Shown here: piece after piece, positions 46,614 to 57,386 of the stretch
Layout of the letters: each line of letters opens with the position of its first letter
Numbering within the stretch: the first letter of the stretch is position 1
Source: Bacteroidia bacterium
GTDB taxonomy: Bacteria > Bacteroidota > Bacteroidia > UBA7662
Direction of reading: 5' to 3'
DNA length: 64,000 bases
Assembly (NCBI GenBank): GCA_049431025.1
Contig: JBMTCP010000002.1
Location: 33,323 to 97,322 of the forward strand
Made by a program: the position numbers and the translations under genes
Notes under the pieces: model-generated
What the model saw: the letters and a program-made list of their open reading frames with translations, nothing else
What the model was told of the DNA's origin: nothing
Database searches by the model: none

Positions 46614-46972
46614 GGCCTTTCTTGAGCAGGCCCTTGGTAAGGGCGGTCAAAACGCGGTTCCAGTAAAACCGAACCAATCACAACCTTTCTCCAATCCTCT
46701 TGGCTGAGCGGACGGTAAGGCTGTTTTGGTGCGGGGCTATGGGCAGGTGCCTCCTTGGTCTTGGCTTTGGGTTTGGAGGAAGCCTTGGTTAAGGATTGCG
46801 GTTTTGCGGTGGGGGCGGGTTGTGGGGGACTTGGGTATGGAAAAACCTCGGTAGGTGGTGGCGGAATCCAAACCGGTTTGGTTTGGGGCTTAGCCTCTAC
46901 GGCCTTGGATCGGTTCCTCCAAAGACCGTAAACAACGGCCCCCAAAACATAAAGAACGGTGGATAAGTCCAT
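46610..46972 (-). CDS. Small N-terminally anchored Pro/Lys-rich protein (hypothetical)
   Basis: 120 aa. One TM helix (LSTVLYVLGAVVYGLW) followed by low-complexity PPPPTEVFPYPSPPQPAPTAKP. It is the only sizeable ORF that fills the 447-bp bshB1-smc gap without running into a neighbouring CDS (two longer minus-strand ORFs overlap the gap but extend into bshB1 or smc). Confidence 0.4.
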   Translation of the reverse strand: MDLSTVLYVLGAVVYGLWRNRSKAVEAKPQTKPVWIPPPPTEVFPYPSPPQPAPTAKPQSLTKASSKPKAKTKEAPAHSPAPKQPYRPLSQEDWRKVVIGSVLLEPRFDRPYQGPAQERP

Positions 46973-47060
46973 GGGTTTGTGGACATAAAAGTAGGGGGTA
47001 TCGGGTTAAGTTTGTAACCCCGCGATTCGCGGAGCTAGAATTTAATACCATACTGAAAAT

Positions 47061-50000
47061 ATGCGACTTACGGAAATTGAGGTCAAGGGATTTAAGAGTT
47101 TTGGGGACCGGGTTTTGGTGCGTTTCAAGGAAGGGGTAACCGGAATCGTCGGGCCCAACGGTAGCGGAAAATCCAACGTGGTTGACGCCATTCGCTGGGT
47201 TTTGGGCGAGCAAAAATCCAGAATGCTCCGTTCCGACAAAATGGAAGGGGTGATTTTCAACGGGACCAATAACCGCAAGCAAGCCGCACTGGCCGAGGTT
47301 CGTCTGACCTTTGATAACCACAAAGGCATACTTCCTTCCGAATACCGGGAGGTTACCATAGGACGCCGCTTGTACCGTTCTGGAGAAAGCGAATACTTAC
47401 TCAACGGGGTGACTTGTCGTCTTAAGGACATCACCAATTTGTTTTTGGATACCGGGATTGGTAGTGATTCGTATGCCATCATCGAACTCAAGATGATTGA
47501 CGAAATTCTAAACGACAAAGACCATTCCCGTCGCGATTTGTTTGAAGAGGCTACCGGCGTCTCCAAATACAAAATTCGCAAAAAGGAAACCATGGCCCGT
47601 TTGGAGGATGCCGAAGCGGATTTATCCCGTGTAGAGGATATCCTGTTTGAGATTGATCGTTCAATGAAACAATTGCAGAACCAGGCCCGCAAAGCCGAAC
47701 AGGTTCAGCAACTCAAGGAGGACTACCGTGTTGCTGCTATGGAATTGGCTTGGCATCAATTGCAGGGTTGGCAAAACCAATGGCAAGAGGGAACGGTACA
47801 GGAAGGAGATTTGGGACTAGAAAAATCTCGTTTGGATCAGGACCTGCAGGATACCGAAGCCAAATTGAGTGCGGGTAAATCCCGTATGAGCCATGCCGAG
47901 CAGAATTTGAGTTCAGCCCGTTCGGTATTGCAAGAAATTAATAACCGCCTTCGTTCCTTGGAATCGCAACAACAATTACAGCAAGAAAGGTTGCGTCATT
48001 TGTTGGACAAAATTCAGTCCTTGGAACAACAACAAACCAACGACAGGGACCAGCAAGAGGAGCAAAAAACACGCCTGGAGGACTTGCAAAACCAGTGGAC
48101 AGCCTGCGCCCAGCACCTGGATGAGGCTTCAGCAGCCGTGGCCGAGGTGGCCCTTCGTTTGCAAGAGGCTGATCACCGAATGCAAGAACAGGATAAAGCC
48201 TTTCAGGAATCACGCCAACACCAAGACCAGCGCCAGGCCCAACGATACGCTTTGGAGAGCAATGCCCATGTTTTGGAAGCTCAGGTCAAAGCCTTGGATG
48301 CCGAAAAGGAACGTTTGCAGACCGAAACGCGGAATCGACAGGATGAGTTTTCTCAATTGGAAACCCTGGTGACCAGCCTCGCTGAGGAAGTCAAGGCCAT
48401 GGAATCCGGGGTTCAGGAATTGGAAGCCTTCCAAGTAGACCACCAACAAAAAGTTCAAGCGTGCCAACAGGAATTGCAAAGTCTGCGACCTGCCGTGGCT
48501 GAAGCCGTTCGGCACTTGGATCGGAAAAGCAACGAGGCCCAGCTCCTGGGAGAATTGGTTCAAAATATGGAAGGCTACCCGGAGTCCTTACGTTACTTAC
48601 GGGATCATCAGGATTGGGCACGCAGCGCCCCCTTGTTGGGTGATATTCTGCAGGTTGAAGATCGTTATCGCCCCATGATCGAGCGGGTTTTGGAACCGTA
48701 CCTCAGTTATTATGTGGTCAAAACCTACGAGGAAGCCCGTTCCGGAATTCGATTACTCACCGATGCCGGTATGGGTAAGGCTTCATTTTTTGTTATGGAA
48801 GCTTTTATTGGGGTATCCAAAACCAGTGGAACTCGCCTCCAGCCCCCTCAAGGAACCTTAGCAGCTCTTGGTTTGGTGGAGGTACCCGCTGATTTTAACG
48901 TGCTGGTGGAACATCTTTTGGGCAATGTTTATCTCCAAACCGAAGAAACGAACGAGTGGTCCTTTGCCCAATGGAAAGACCAGCATCCCGGCACCCTTCT
49001 GGTGACGGCTAACGGGAATACTTTTGGCGATGGTCGTTGGTTAAGTGGGGGCTCTATGGGACTTTTTGAGGGTAAGAAATTAGGGCGTAAGCGAAACCTG
49101 GAAACCTTGCTCGAAGAAATTGAAAAAGACAAGGAAGCTTTGAATGCCTTGCAGCAGCGTTTGCAGGTTTTGCAAGACACCGAAGTCGCTTTGAGAACTT
49201 CAAGCCGTGAAAATCAACTGAACAACAGCCGATCGGCCTTGTTACGTAAAAGCTCCGAAGCAGCACAGGTCCAGGCCAGGCATGAACAAATGCTCCGTGC
49301 GTTGGATCAATCCAGTGACCGCAACAAGGTCATCGAAGAACAAAAGGAAGGGATGTTATCGGAATGGGCGGCACTTCAACCTCAAGTTGAGGCCATTTTG
49401 TCCGAGCTCCAAGAAGGCAACCAGAATTTGGTTGCTATGCAGGAAGAATGGAGCGTTCGCAAAGCGGTCTACCAAAGTGTACGGGAAGAATATACCGCAA
49501 TTACCAAACAGGAATTGCATTGGGTTAACCAAAAGGCGAACATCGAAACCCAAATGGATTTTCGTCGTAGCCAAATGGAATTGTTACAGAATCGTTTGGA
49601 GCAAGCCGGTCGTGCGGTCTTGGAATTGCAGGAAGAGCATACCCGTTTGGCCTTGGAATTGGAGCAAAGCGATGACCGTCGTCCAGCTCTGGTTTTGGAA
49701 GAAGCTGCCGCCCAAGAAGCACTGAATCAGGCCGAAGCGGATTTCTTTGGTGCTCGCGGGGAACAAGACAGCCTCGAAGAGCATGTGCGCCAACTTCACC
49801 GTCAGCGCGAAATGAACGACCAGTTATTGAACCAACGAAAGCAACAGGTCCTCACGGTCCAAATGGAAATCAAAGCCCTCAGGGAACGCTGGGCCTTGGA
49901 GTTTGATCAGGATCCGGATATTCTGGAGCAAATGGAGGCCCCGGAACGTGGCGAACACGAATTGGCAGGTTTGGTGCAATCCATGCGCAAGAAAATCGAG

Positions 50001-50645
50001 AATTTTGGACCCGTGAACCCCATGGCCTTGGAGGCCTATGCCGAAGTTGAACAAAGGCATATCTTCATCACCGCCCAAAAAGCGGATTTGGTTCAAGCTC
50101 GTGAATCTTTGTTGCAAACCATTGAAGAAATTGATCTCAAAGCTACCGAGCGTTTCTTGGAAGGTTTCTCCACCATTCGAGAACATTTTATTGAGGTTTT
50201 TCGATCGTTGTTTACCGCCGAAGACGACTGTGATTTGATTCTTAGTCATCCGGAAATGCCCTTGGATTCAGCCATTCAAATCATGGCCAAACCCAAAGGC
50301 AAAAAACCACAATCGGTGAATCAATTGTCAGGTGGTGAAAAAACCCTGACTGTAACAGCGTTGCTTTTTGCGATTTATCTCTACAAGCCTGCGCCGTTTT
50401 GCATTTTTGATGAAGTGGATGCACCATTGGACGACGTAAACATTGATAAGTTCAACCGCATGATCCGTCGTTTCTCCAAGGATTCGCAATTCATCATTGT
50501 CACCCACAACAAGAGAACCATGGAAACCACCGATTTGATGTACGGGGTAACCATGGTGGAGCAAGGGGTGAGTCGGGTAGTTCCCGTCGATTTTTCGAAT
50601 CTCAACGAGTACGTTCCTGCCGATCAGGCCGCACTAACAGCCTAA
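47061..50645 (+). CDS. smc: Chromosome segregation protein SMC
   Basis: 1194 aa. Walker A GPNGSGKSN, long coiled coils flanking a hinge, signature LSGGEKTL, Walker B FCIFDEVDAPLD. Confidence 0.95.
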   Translation: MRLTEIEVKGFKSFGDRVLVRFKEGVTGIVGPNGSGKSNVVDAIRWVLGEQKSRMLRSDKMEGVIFNGTNNRKQAALAEVRLTFDNHKGILPSEYREVTIGRRLYRSGESEYLLNGVTCRLKDITNLFLDTGIGSDSYAIIELKMIDEILNDKDHSRRDLFEEATGVSKYKIRKKETMARLEDAEADLSRVEDILFEIDRSMKQLQNQARKAEQVQQLKEDYRVAAMELAWHQLQGWQNQWQEGTVQEGDLGLEKSRLDQDLQDTEAKLSAGKSRMSHAEQNLSSARSVLQEINNRLRSLESQQQLQQERLRHLLDKIQSLEQQQTNDRDQQEEQKTRLEDLQNQWTACAQHLDEASAAVAEVALRLQEADHRMQEQDKAFQESRQHQDQRQAQRYALESNAHVLEAQVKALDAEKERLQTETRNRQDEFSQLETLVTSLAEEVKAMESGVQELEAFQVDHQQKVQACQQELQSLRPAVAEAVRHLDRKSNEAQLLGELVQNMEGYPESLRYLRDHQDWARSAPLLGDILQVEDRYRPMIERVLEPYLSYYVVKTYEEARSGIRLLTDAGMGKASFFVMEAFIGVSKTSGTRLQPPQGTLAALGLVEVPADFNVLVEHLLGNVYLQTEETNEWSFAQWKDQHPGTLLVTANGNTFGDGRWLSGGSMGLFEGKKLGRKRNLETLLEEIEKDKEALNALQQRLQVLQDTEVALRTSSRENQLNNSRSALLRKSSEAAQVQARHEQMLRALDQSSDRNKVIEEQKEGMLSEWAALQPQVEAILSELQEGNQNLVAMQEEWSVRKAVYQSVREEYTAITKQELHWVNQKANIETQMDFRRSQMELLQNRLEQAGRAVLELQEEHTRLALELEQSDDRRPALVLEEAAAQEALNQAEADFFGARGEQDSLEEHVRQLHRQREMNDQLLNQRKQQVLTVQMEIKALRERWALEFDQDPDILEQMEAPERGEHELAGLVQSMRKKIENFGPVNPMALEAYAEVEQRHIFITAQKADLVQARESLLQTIEEIDLKATERFLEGFSTIREHFIEVFRSLFTAEDDCDLILSHPEMPLDSAIQIMAKPKGKKPQSVNQLSGGEKTLTVTALLFAIYLYKPAPFCIFDEVDAPLDDVNIDKFNRMIRRFSKDSQFIIVTHNKRTMETTDLMYGVTMVEQGVSRVVPVDFSNLNEYVPADQAALTA

Positions 50646-50701
50646 GGCAAAGCATTCCGGGCGCTTGAATGGCCCACCACCCTTGGTGTAAGGAAAATGC
50701 T

Positions 50702-51928
50702 TCAGGAAAATTTGATGTTACGATCGATACTTCGGCGTGCAATCCAAGTCGCGGCGGTATAAAGTACGATGGTGGTGGCTATCAGAGCCGTAATATTCAC
50801 CCAAAGCCATTCCCACAGGCCTAACCGTAAGGGTACGGCATCCAAGTAATACGAGCCAGGATCCAAGGTAAACCAATTGAATTTCCATTGGCTGAACATC
50901 AAGATACCCAAAGCAAGGTTGCCGTATAGCCAGCCCTTAAGAACCATACGCATACCCAATTGCCAAACAACGGTGGCCAAGGGCGCGGCACGCAATCCCA
51001 AACTTTGGAGTATGCCCAAACTGTTTTGACGCTCCAAGAGAAGTATCAGCAAGGCGGAAAGCAGGTTCACCCCACCAACGGTAGCCAGTAAAATCAACAA
51101 AACCAAACGGTTGGTATCAAAAAAACGAAGCCATTCAAATAGGGAAGGCATTTGATCCTCCAGGGTAAGGCATTCCTGCTGCAGGGGTAAAGTTTTTTCA
51201 ATGGTAGTCCGTACCGTATTCATCTGCTCAAAATTCTGAAGTTCAATCTCCAGGTGGCTGCACCTATCGGGTCCCCAACCCAGGATTTTGTGCAAAATTC
51301 CGGAAGGAACCAGGGCCACCGGTCGCCCGAGTTCACTCTGCATGGGCATATCAAAAATTCCCACGACCCGTAGCGATCGCATACGGACAGGCTCCTGCAT
51401 AAAGTAAACAGCCACTTTATCACCAACCCTCAACCGAAGTTTGGAGGCCAAAACTTGAGGCAAAAGAATTTCTTGGGCTTGGGGTTTGGGCCATTGCGGG
51501 AGTCGGCCCTGGACCAGCTTACCGGCATTAAAGGGCAAGGGTATTGTTTCTATGCCTTTAAGGAGAACCCCCTCCATTCCGTTGGCGGTTTGGGCAAGGG
51601 CCGGAACCAAAACGACGGGGGAAACTCTTTGGACCCCAGGGGTCTTGGTTATTCGACCAATTTTGTCTTGATCCCAAGGCAGAGGTTCTCGGTATTCCTG
51701 TTCGGCAGTTTTGAGGTGGCGTATCTGCAAGTGGCCCCAAAATCGGCCCATGCGTTGAGGGATTTCCCATTGGAAGCCGTTGACCACAGCATGTCCCAAC
51801 AAATAGAGGCAGAGACCTGCAGCGGTACTGAGAACGGCCATGCGTTGAACCGTCCGGGTATGCTTACCGGCTGTAGAACCGGTCAGGGTTTGGGTTAGCA
51901 GGGTTCGTAATTGCGAGGACCAGGCCAT
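50702..51928 (-). CDS. FtsX-like ABC transporter permease (LolC/E family)
   Basis: N-terminal TM helix, a large periplasmic domain, and three C-terminal TM helices. The start is placed at Met-12 of the listed ORF (MAWSSQL...), which aligns with typical LolE N-termini. Confidence 0.8.
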   Translation of the reverse strand: MAWSSQLRTLLTQTLTGSTAGKHTRTVQRMAVLSTAAGLCLYLLGHAVVNGFQWEIPQRMGRFWGHLQIRHLKTAEQEYREPLPWDQDKIGRITKTPGVQRVSPVVLVPALAQTANGMEGVLLKGIETIPLPFNAGKLVQGRLPQWPKPQAQEILLPQVLASKLRLRVGDKVAVYFMQEPVRMRSLRVVGIFDMPMQSELGRPVALVPSGILHKILGWGPDRCSHLEIELQNFEQMNTVRTTIEKTLPLQQECLTLEDQMPSLFEWLRFFDTNRLVLLILLATVGGVNLLSALLILLLERQNSLGILQSLGLRAAPLATVVWQLGMRMVLKGWLYGNLALGILMFSQWKFNWFTLDPGSYYLDAVPLRLGLWEWLWVNITALIATTIVLYTAATWIARRSIDRNIKFS

Positions 51929-51943
51929 AGATTTGTCAAAAGT

Positions 51944-53191
51944 ATGCGATTCCATCACCAAAAAAGGCAGGCCTTGGGGTTCTTGTTGGGTCTAATTCTA
52001 TGGGGTTGGGTTCATGCCGGTTCAATCTGGGCCCAAGTGCCGGCGCTTGATAACCTTTCGGGGGCTTATCCTTCGGTGGCCAACCAATGGCCGGCGTGGA
52101 AATCGCTCGTCCAAGGCAAACGAGTAGGCTTGGTTTTGCACCAAAGCTCCATGGTCAGAGGTCGCCTCTTGGTGGATGTTTTGTTGGAAGAGGGTATTTC
52201 GGTGCAATCCTTGTTTGTGCCTGAACATGGATTGCGAGGAGATGCTGATGCCGGTGCTCATGTTACGGATACACTGGATGAAGCGACGGGATTACCCGTT
52301 TATTCCTTGTACGGTAAACGGAAAGGACCAAGCCTGAGCCAGCTTCAGGAACTTGATTTGGTCGTCTTTGATTTGCAAGATGTTGGTGTTCGGTTTTACA
52401 CCTACCTGAGTACTTTGCATTATGTTATGCAAGCCTGCGCTTGGTCCAAGACGCCTTTACTCGTGCTTGATCGACCCAATTTCAACGATTATATTGTTGA
52501 TGGGCCTGTTTTGGATACGGCCTACCGATCCTTCGTGGGAATGCATCCGATTCCCGTGCTTCACGGCATGACCCTTGGCGAATTGGCCTTGATGATCCAG
52601 GGTCAAGGCTGGATTGATTCAGCACAGGCCTTGCCACTTACGGTTCTTCCCATGAAAGGATACCGCAAAGGGCTCCGTCTCCAGCCGGAACGTCCTCCTT
52701 CGCCCAACCTTAGGGATTCCTTGGCCTTGGCTTGGTATCCTACCTTGTGTTTTTTTGAGGCCTGCCCGGTATCGGTGGGTCGAGGAACTGCCCGTCCCTT
52801 TGGCTTGGTGGGAAGTCCATGGTACACCTATGGTGATACCTGTTTTGTCCCCAGGGCTTTGATAGGGAGGGCCATCCAACCGGTTTTGGACGGTCAAATT
52901 TGCTGTGGCTTTAGGATGGACCTATGGCCAAACATGCCGCTCGACGGCCCGGGATTGCACCTTCCCCTAATCCAGGAATTTTGGAAGGCGTACCGGCAGC
53001 ATCAACCTCACCATCATCGCGAAAACGAGGAATCTCGTTTTTTTAAGCCATTCTTTGATTTGTTAGCGGGTGGTCCGAATTTGCGTATGCAATTGCAAAG
53101 CCAAACCCCCATTCGCAAAATTCGCCGTAGTTGGCAAAAGGATTTGATTCATTTTTTGAATTCGCGAAAACCATACCTTCTTTATCCCTAA
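51944..53191 (+). CDS. DUF1343 family protein (NamZ-like exo-beta-N-acetylmuramidase)
   Basis: Signal peptide from the ATG at 51944. YSLYGKRKGPS...DLVVFDLQDVGVRFYTYLSTL...HPIPVLHGMTLGELA matches the DUF1343 core. Confidence 0.8.
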   Translation: MRFHHQKRQALGFLLGLILWGWVHAGSIWAQVPALDNLSGAYPSVANQWPAWKSLVQGKRVGLVLHQSSMVRGRLLVDVLLEEGISVQSLFVPEHGLRGDADAGAHVTDTLDEATGLPVYSLYGKRKGPSLSQLQELDLVVFDLQDVGVRFYTYLSTLHYVMQACAWSKTPLLVLDRPNFNDYIVDGPVLDTAYRSFVGMHPIPVLHGMTLGELALMIQGQGWIDSAQALPLTVLPMKGYRKGLRLQPERPPSPNLRDSLALAWYPTLCFFEACPVSVGRGTARPFGLVGSPWYTYGDTCFVPRALIGRAIQPVLDGQICCGFRMDLWPNMPLDGPGLHLPLIQEFWKAYRQHQPHHHRENEESRFFKPFFDLLAGGPNLRMQLQSQTPIRKIRRSWQKDLIHFLNSRKPYLLYP

Positions 53192-53203
53192 TCTTTGGGA
53201 ACT

Positions 53204-54160
53204 ATGAAATTTGTTTTTTACGGCACCCCAGAATTTGCTGCTGTTTCGTTGCAGGCCTTGCTGGAACAGGGTTGTCGGCCCTTGGCGGTGGTCACTTCCC
53301 CGGATCGTGCATCGGGGAGAGGTCTTCGTACCGGATACACCCCCGTCAAGGCTTTGGCCTTGGAACATGGCCTACAGGTTTGGCAGCCTGAAAATCTTCG
53401 TGACCCCGATTTTTTAAATCAATTAAAGGAACTCAACGCTGATTTTCAGTTAGTTGTTGCTTTTCGTAAATTACCCCTGGAGGTTTGGGATGGTTTTCCT
53501 CTGGGCACCTGGAATTTGCATGCTTCGTTGTTACCGGATTTGCGCGGAGCTGCCCCGATACATTGGGCTATCCGTTGGGGTTATACGACCACCGGCTTGA
53601 CGGTTTTTCGAATTAACGATCGAATTGATACCGGTGCCATGTTATGCCAAGTAAGCTTGGATATTCCTCCTTCCTGGAATGCAGGTGAACTTCATGACGC
53701 GATGGCCCGATTGGGAGGAGCGCTTTTGGTCAAGGCGGCACATCAAATCGATGGAGGTGCAGCTTCAACCCAAACCCAACCCGAGGGTGTGATTTTACGT
53801 TCGGCACCCAAGATTTCCAAAGAGGATGCTGTTTTGGATTGGAATCAAAGTTCAACCTCGTTGCTTCATTTTGTCAGAGCCTTTGCGCCATCGCCGGGTG
53901 CCCGAACTTTTTTGGGTGATCGACTATGGATCGTGCTTGAACTCGCAAAGTCTGATTTTCCACCTTTGCTCCCTGAAGGCGAATCGGACAGCCTTGTACC
54001 GGGAACTCTGCGCGTTGAGGGTTTTCGATGTTGGGTCCGTGGGGGAGATGGTTGGCTTGAAATTTTGAGCATCAAACCTCAAAACAGCAAGGCCATGCCG
54101 ATGGATGCTTTCTTACGGGGTCAGCCACCGCTTAACGGTTTGGTCCTGACCGGAAACTAG
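53204..54160 (+). CDS. fmt: Methionyl-tRNA formyltransferase
   Basis: MKFVFYGTPEFA N-terminus and NLHASLLPDLRGAAPI catalytic motif. Confidence 0.9.
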   Translation: MKFVFYGTPEFAAVSLQALLEQGCRPLAVVTSPDRASGRGLRTGYTPVKALALEHGLQVWQPENLRDPDFLNQLKELNADFQLVVAFRKLPLEVWDGFPLGTWNLHASLLPDLRGAAPIHWAIRWGYTTTGLTVFRINDRIDTGAMLCQVSLDIPPSWNAGELHDAMARLGGALLVKAAHQIDGGAASTQTQPEGVILRSAPKISKEDAVLDWNQSSTSLLHFVRAFAPSPGARTFLGDRLWIVLELAKSDFPPLLPEGESDSLVPGTLRVEGFRCWVRGGDGWLEILSIKPQNSKAMPMDAFLRGQPPLNGLVLTGN

Positions 54161-54163
54161 GGC

Positions 54164-54982
54164 TTATGGCGTTGGTGTTAGCATGAAACGATTGGCCGTG
54201 TCCACCCAATCGTCTTCGGGTTGCCTGATCAGAACTTGGTCTTTCCAGTGGGAGACCCTTTGGACGCCTCGTAGCGCATTGGTCAGCCAAATGGAGGAGC
54301 ACCGATCCAAGTCGACAAGGGGTTCATTAACCTCCTGCACGTTAATTCCTTGGGCTTTCAAAAATTGAATCAAATTCAGAGCGGCGATACCCGGCAAGCA
54401 CCCGCTGGCCCATGAGGGCGTATAACATTGACCTTGGAACCAGTAAAACAAATTGGAACGGCTACTTTCCAACAAGCCGCCCTGGGGTGTGCGAACCAAG
54501 GCATCATCCCAACCTTTTTCCTGGGCGTACCGCTCGGCTAATAAGTAGGGCAATGCAGAAAGGCTTTTGATATCGGGAACCCTGGGTGGACATTTGATGA
54601 GATCCGACGGACCCAATCGCAGGGGATGCGAAGAATCCTGAACCGGGCATTGGTTCAACGCCTCAAATTCCATTTGTTCCTCCGAGGTGGGTCCACCCGG
54701 TCGATAACCCTCTCCCCACTTTCGCCAAACCAAGGTCCGCAGGCGTCCAAATTCGGGTTGTCCATTTTGATTCCAAAGCACGGAGGCTTTCATTTGCCAA
54801 TCGTGGACATCGTTCCAGGGAAGATCCAAACCCAATACATCCGAGGCAAAGCGCATGCGCTTCTCATGGTCCGCCGCCCAAACCACTCGACCTTTGAGCA
54901 CCAAAGCGGTATCAAAAAAGCCGTCGCCGAAACGAAATCCTCGGTGTAGTTCGGTTAAGCCGTGGTTGTCAAGCACCTTCAA
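54164..54982 (-). CDS. Class IV aminotransferase-fold protein (aminodeoxychorismate lyase-like); start uncertain
   Basis: [12 protein letters not shown] and [14 protein letters not shown]...GCLPGIA are fold-type IV PLP motifs. The ORF extends to a GTG at 55045, but that would overlap the fbp start. A TTG at 54982 is a plausible start. Confidence 0.6.
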   Translation of the reverse strand: MKVLDNHGLTELHRGFRFGDGFFDTALVLKGRVVWAADHEKRMRFASDVLGLDLPWNDVHDWQMKASVLWNQNGQPEFGRLRTLVWRKWGEGYRPGGPTSEEQMEFEALNQCPVQDSSHPLRLGPSDLIKCPPRVPDIKSLSALPYLLAERYAQEKGWDDALVRTPQGGLLESSRSNLFYWFQGQCYTPSWASGCLPGIAALNLIQFLKAQGINVQEVNEPLVDLDRCSSIWLTNALRGVQRVSHWKDQVLIRQPEDDWVDTANRFMLTPTP

Positions 54983-55022
54983 AGGTATTAATTTAGGCTT
55001 TGTTTCGTTCCATCCTTTTGTT

Positions 55023-56048
55023 ATGCAAACCCAGCGAATCACCACCTTAGGTCAGTTTATTATCGAGCGCCAGGCCGAATTTCCTTATTCCAAAGGACAA
55101 TTATCCCGCTTACTTCGGGATATTGGAATTGCCTCCAAAATTGTTAACCGTGAGGTGAATAAGGCTGGTTTGGTGAATATTCTGGGTGATACGGGGGAAA
55201 CGAACGTGCAAGGCGAAAAAGTCAAGAAATTGGACCTCTTTGCCAACGAACAATTCAAAGCGGCCCTGCAAGCCGGCGGAGAATGTTGTGTTTTTGCATC
55301 CGAAGAAGATGACGATATCACCACCATCGATGGCGCCGTTTCTGCGGATGCCAAATACGCCGTTTTGATGGATCCTCTGGATGGTTCGTCCAACATTGAT
55401 GTGAATGTATCGGTGGGAACTATTTTTTCGATTTATCGCCGTATCTCCAAAGAAGGCCCCGGACTTTTGAGCGATTGCCTCCAAAAGGGAATGCACCAAG
55501 TGGCCGCAGGGTATGTGGTTTACGGTTCTTCCACCATGCTGGTTTATACCACCGGGCACGGGGTTAATGGATTTACCCTGGACCCTTCGATAGGGGAGTT
55601 TTGCTTATCCCATCCCGATATGCGAATACCGGAACAAGGAAAAATCTATTCCGTGAACGAAGGCAACTATATCCATTTTCCACAGGGCATTAAACAATAC
55701 ATCAAGTACTGTCAGGCCTACGATGAAACCACTTCCAGGCCCTACAATTCACGTTATATCGGGTCCATGGTGGCAGATTTTCATCGAAATCTTCTCAAAG
55801 GCGGGGTATTCATCTATCCTGCGACCGGTAAAGCGCCTAAAGGAAAGTTACGATTGGGGTACGAATGCAACCCCATGGCTTTCTTAGCGGAGCAGGCCGG
55901 GGGAAAAGCGAGCGACGGCAAAAACAGAATTCTGGAATTGGAGCCTACCGACCTTCACCAAAGAACCCCGGTTGTTTTGGGATCTCGGCTTATGGTCGAA
56001 AAGGTGGAGGCTTTTCTTAGGGAGTTTCCTGATCCAGGGTCTTTTTGA
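55023..56048 (+). CDS. fbp: Class 1 fructose-1,6-bisphosphatase
   Basis: Start at the ATG at 55023 ([13 protein letters not shown]). [12 protein letters not shown] metal site. [15 protein letters not shown]. Confidence 0.93.
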   Translation: MQTQRITTLGQFIIERQAEFPYSKGQLSRLLRDIGIASKIVNREVNKAGLVNILGDTGETNVQGEKVKKLDLFANEQFKAALQAGGECCVFASEEDDDITTIDGAVSADAKYAVLMDPLDGSSNIDVNVSVGTIFSIYRRISKEGPGLLSDCLQKGMHQVAAGYVVYGSSTMLVYTTGHGVNGFTLDPSIGEFCLSHPDMRIPEQGKIYSVNEGNYIHFPQGIKQYIKYCQAYDETTSRPYNSRYIGSMVADFHRNLLKGGVFIYPATGKAPKGKLRLGYECNPMAFLAEQAGGKASDGKNRILELEPTDLHQRTPVVLGSRLMVEKVEAFLREFPDPGSF

Positions 56049-56367
56049 GTTCCATCAAACCGGCTTTGAGGTTGCGTAGCCGTTCTTGGATGGTTAAGGT
56101 TTCCGCCCTGCCCTGTCCCTTATCCGAAAGGTGGGTTAAGGCCCCTTTGATGGTGAACTTCCGTTCTTTGAGTAAATGACGAATTTGACGGAGCAATTCC
56201 AGATCTTTCTCCGTGTACATCCGGTTACCCTTTCGGTTCTTTTTGGGTTGAAGCATAGGGAATTCGGTTTCCCAATAGCGCAACAAAGAAGGGTTGAGGT
56301 CCAAGGCTTCAGAAACCTCCCGAATGGAGTAATAAAGCTTGAGTGGTTGGTTGTTTTCCTGGTCCAT
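56017..56367 (-). CDS. MerR family transcriptional regulator
   Basis: 116 aa. [24 protein letters not shown]. Its ATG overlaps the M23 peptidase stop (TAATG). Confidence 0.8.
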   Translation of the reverse strand: MDQENNQPLKLYYSIREVSEALDLNPSLLRYWETEFPMLQPKKNRKGNRMYTEKDLELLRQIRHLLKERKFTIKGALTHLSDKGQGRAETLTIQERLRNLKAGLMELKKTLDQETP

Positions 56368-57341
56368 TAGTCCAACGATTGGTTGGCACTCGAGGCTTTG
56401 GCAAGGAGCTCCTGGTGCTGTGCGGGGTTTAGGTCGTTAAATATAAAATAAACGGGGTCCAATTTGCGACCGTTTTTGTGAACTTCGTAATGCAAGTGGG
56501 GACCGGTACTTTTGCCCGTATTGCCAAGACGTGCAATGATTTGACCCCGCTTCACCTTTTGACCGGGTTTGACCTCAAAGCGTGAAAGGTGGGCGTACAA
56601 GGTTTGGTAACCGTAGCCGTGGTTGATGAGTACGTAATTACCGTAACCTCGGTCCATACGGACCAGTTCTTTGACCGTTCCATCACCGGTGGCATAAACG
56701 GGGCTGTGCATAGGGGCTGTAAAATCCAGGCCTTCGTGAAATTTGACGGTTTTGTAGATGGGATCGATCCGGTATCCAAAACCCGAAACCGGCTCACCCC
56801 GGAATCGACCGCTCATCGCCATGGGTTGGATGGCAGGCATAGCTTCCAGAAGGCGGTTTTTTTGACGGATAAGTTGGCTTAATTCCCCGTAGGATCGGGA
56901 TTGTTCGAGTAGAGTCTTGCTCAAGGCTTCGGTTTTGAGGGCGGTCGTGGCCATCAAGGTACCGTACTGGTAGGTTGCCAGGTAGGAATAGGCGTTGATA
57001 TCGGATTTTTGGGGGCCGGAAGGGCTCGTCAAGGGCTCGGCTTCAAAGATGACCCGGTAAATGTTGCGGTCTCGTTGCTCCAGGTCGGCAACCACCTGAC
57101 GCATCAGGTCCAAACGCCGGTTCAAATCTTGGTAACGGAGCTCCATTTCGGAGAGTTCTTCTTGGAGCTTTTTTTCTTTGGGGGAGTCCAAAAAGGTGTA
57201 AGCCAACGAAATAACAAGCACCGAAGACACCACGGCGGCCGAAAAATAACCCACCAAAACAAGGAGACGCTTGTGCCAGGGTTGACGAACCTGTTCAAAG
57301 ACCAGTTTGACCGGATTGAATTCGTAACGCAGACGAGCCAT
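56367..57341 (-). CDS. M23 family metallopeptidase (membrane-anchored, coiled-coil N-terminal region)
   Basis: TM helix, coiled coil, and a LytM domain with HEGLDF (HxxxD) and GPHLHYEV (HxH). Confidence 0.85.
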   Translation of the reverse strand: MARLRYEFNPVKLVFEQVRQPWHKRLLVLVGYFSAAVVSSVLVISLAYTFLDSPKEKKLQEELSEMELRYQDLNRRLDLMRQVVADLEQRDRNIYRVIFEAEPLTSPSGPQKSDINAYSYLATYQYGTLMATTALKTEALSKTLLEQSRSYGELSQLIRQKNRLLEAMPAIQPMAMSGRFRGEPVSGFGYRIDPIYKTVKFHEGLDFTAPMHSPVYATGDGTVKELVRMDRGYGNYVLINHGYGYQTLYAHLSRFEVKPGQKVKRGQIIARLGNTGKSTGPHLHYEVHKNGRKLDPVYFIFNDLNPAQHQELLAKASSANQSLD

Positions 57342-57386
57342 TTGCCCAAAATTAAGTAATTTCGGGCCTTAACACGAACGGATCCC

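Noticed and set aside
47042-47692. 216-aa minus-strand ORF antisense to the smc N-terminus
   Set aside because: It is a shadow ORF opposite the conserved SMC head domain. It has Ser/Arg/Leu-rich composition, no motif, and its start would lie inside smc.
51911-51961. Apparent 51-bp head-to-head overlap of the FtsX-like permease and the DUF1343 gene
   Set aside because: This is an artefact of longest-ORF calling. Using Met-12 of each ORF gives the expected N-termini (LolE-like MAWSSQL... and a signal peptide MRFHHQKRQALGFLL...) and leaves a 15-bp gap. The gap is still very short, but the genes no longer overlap.
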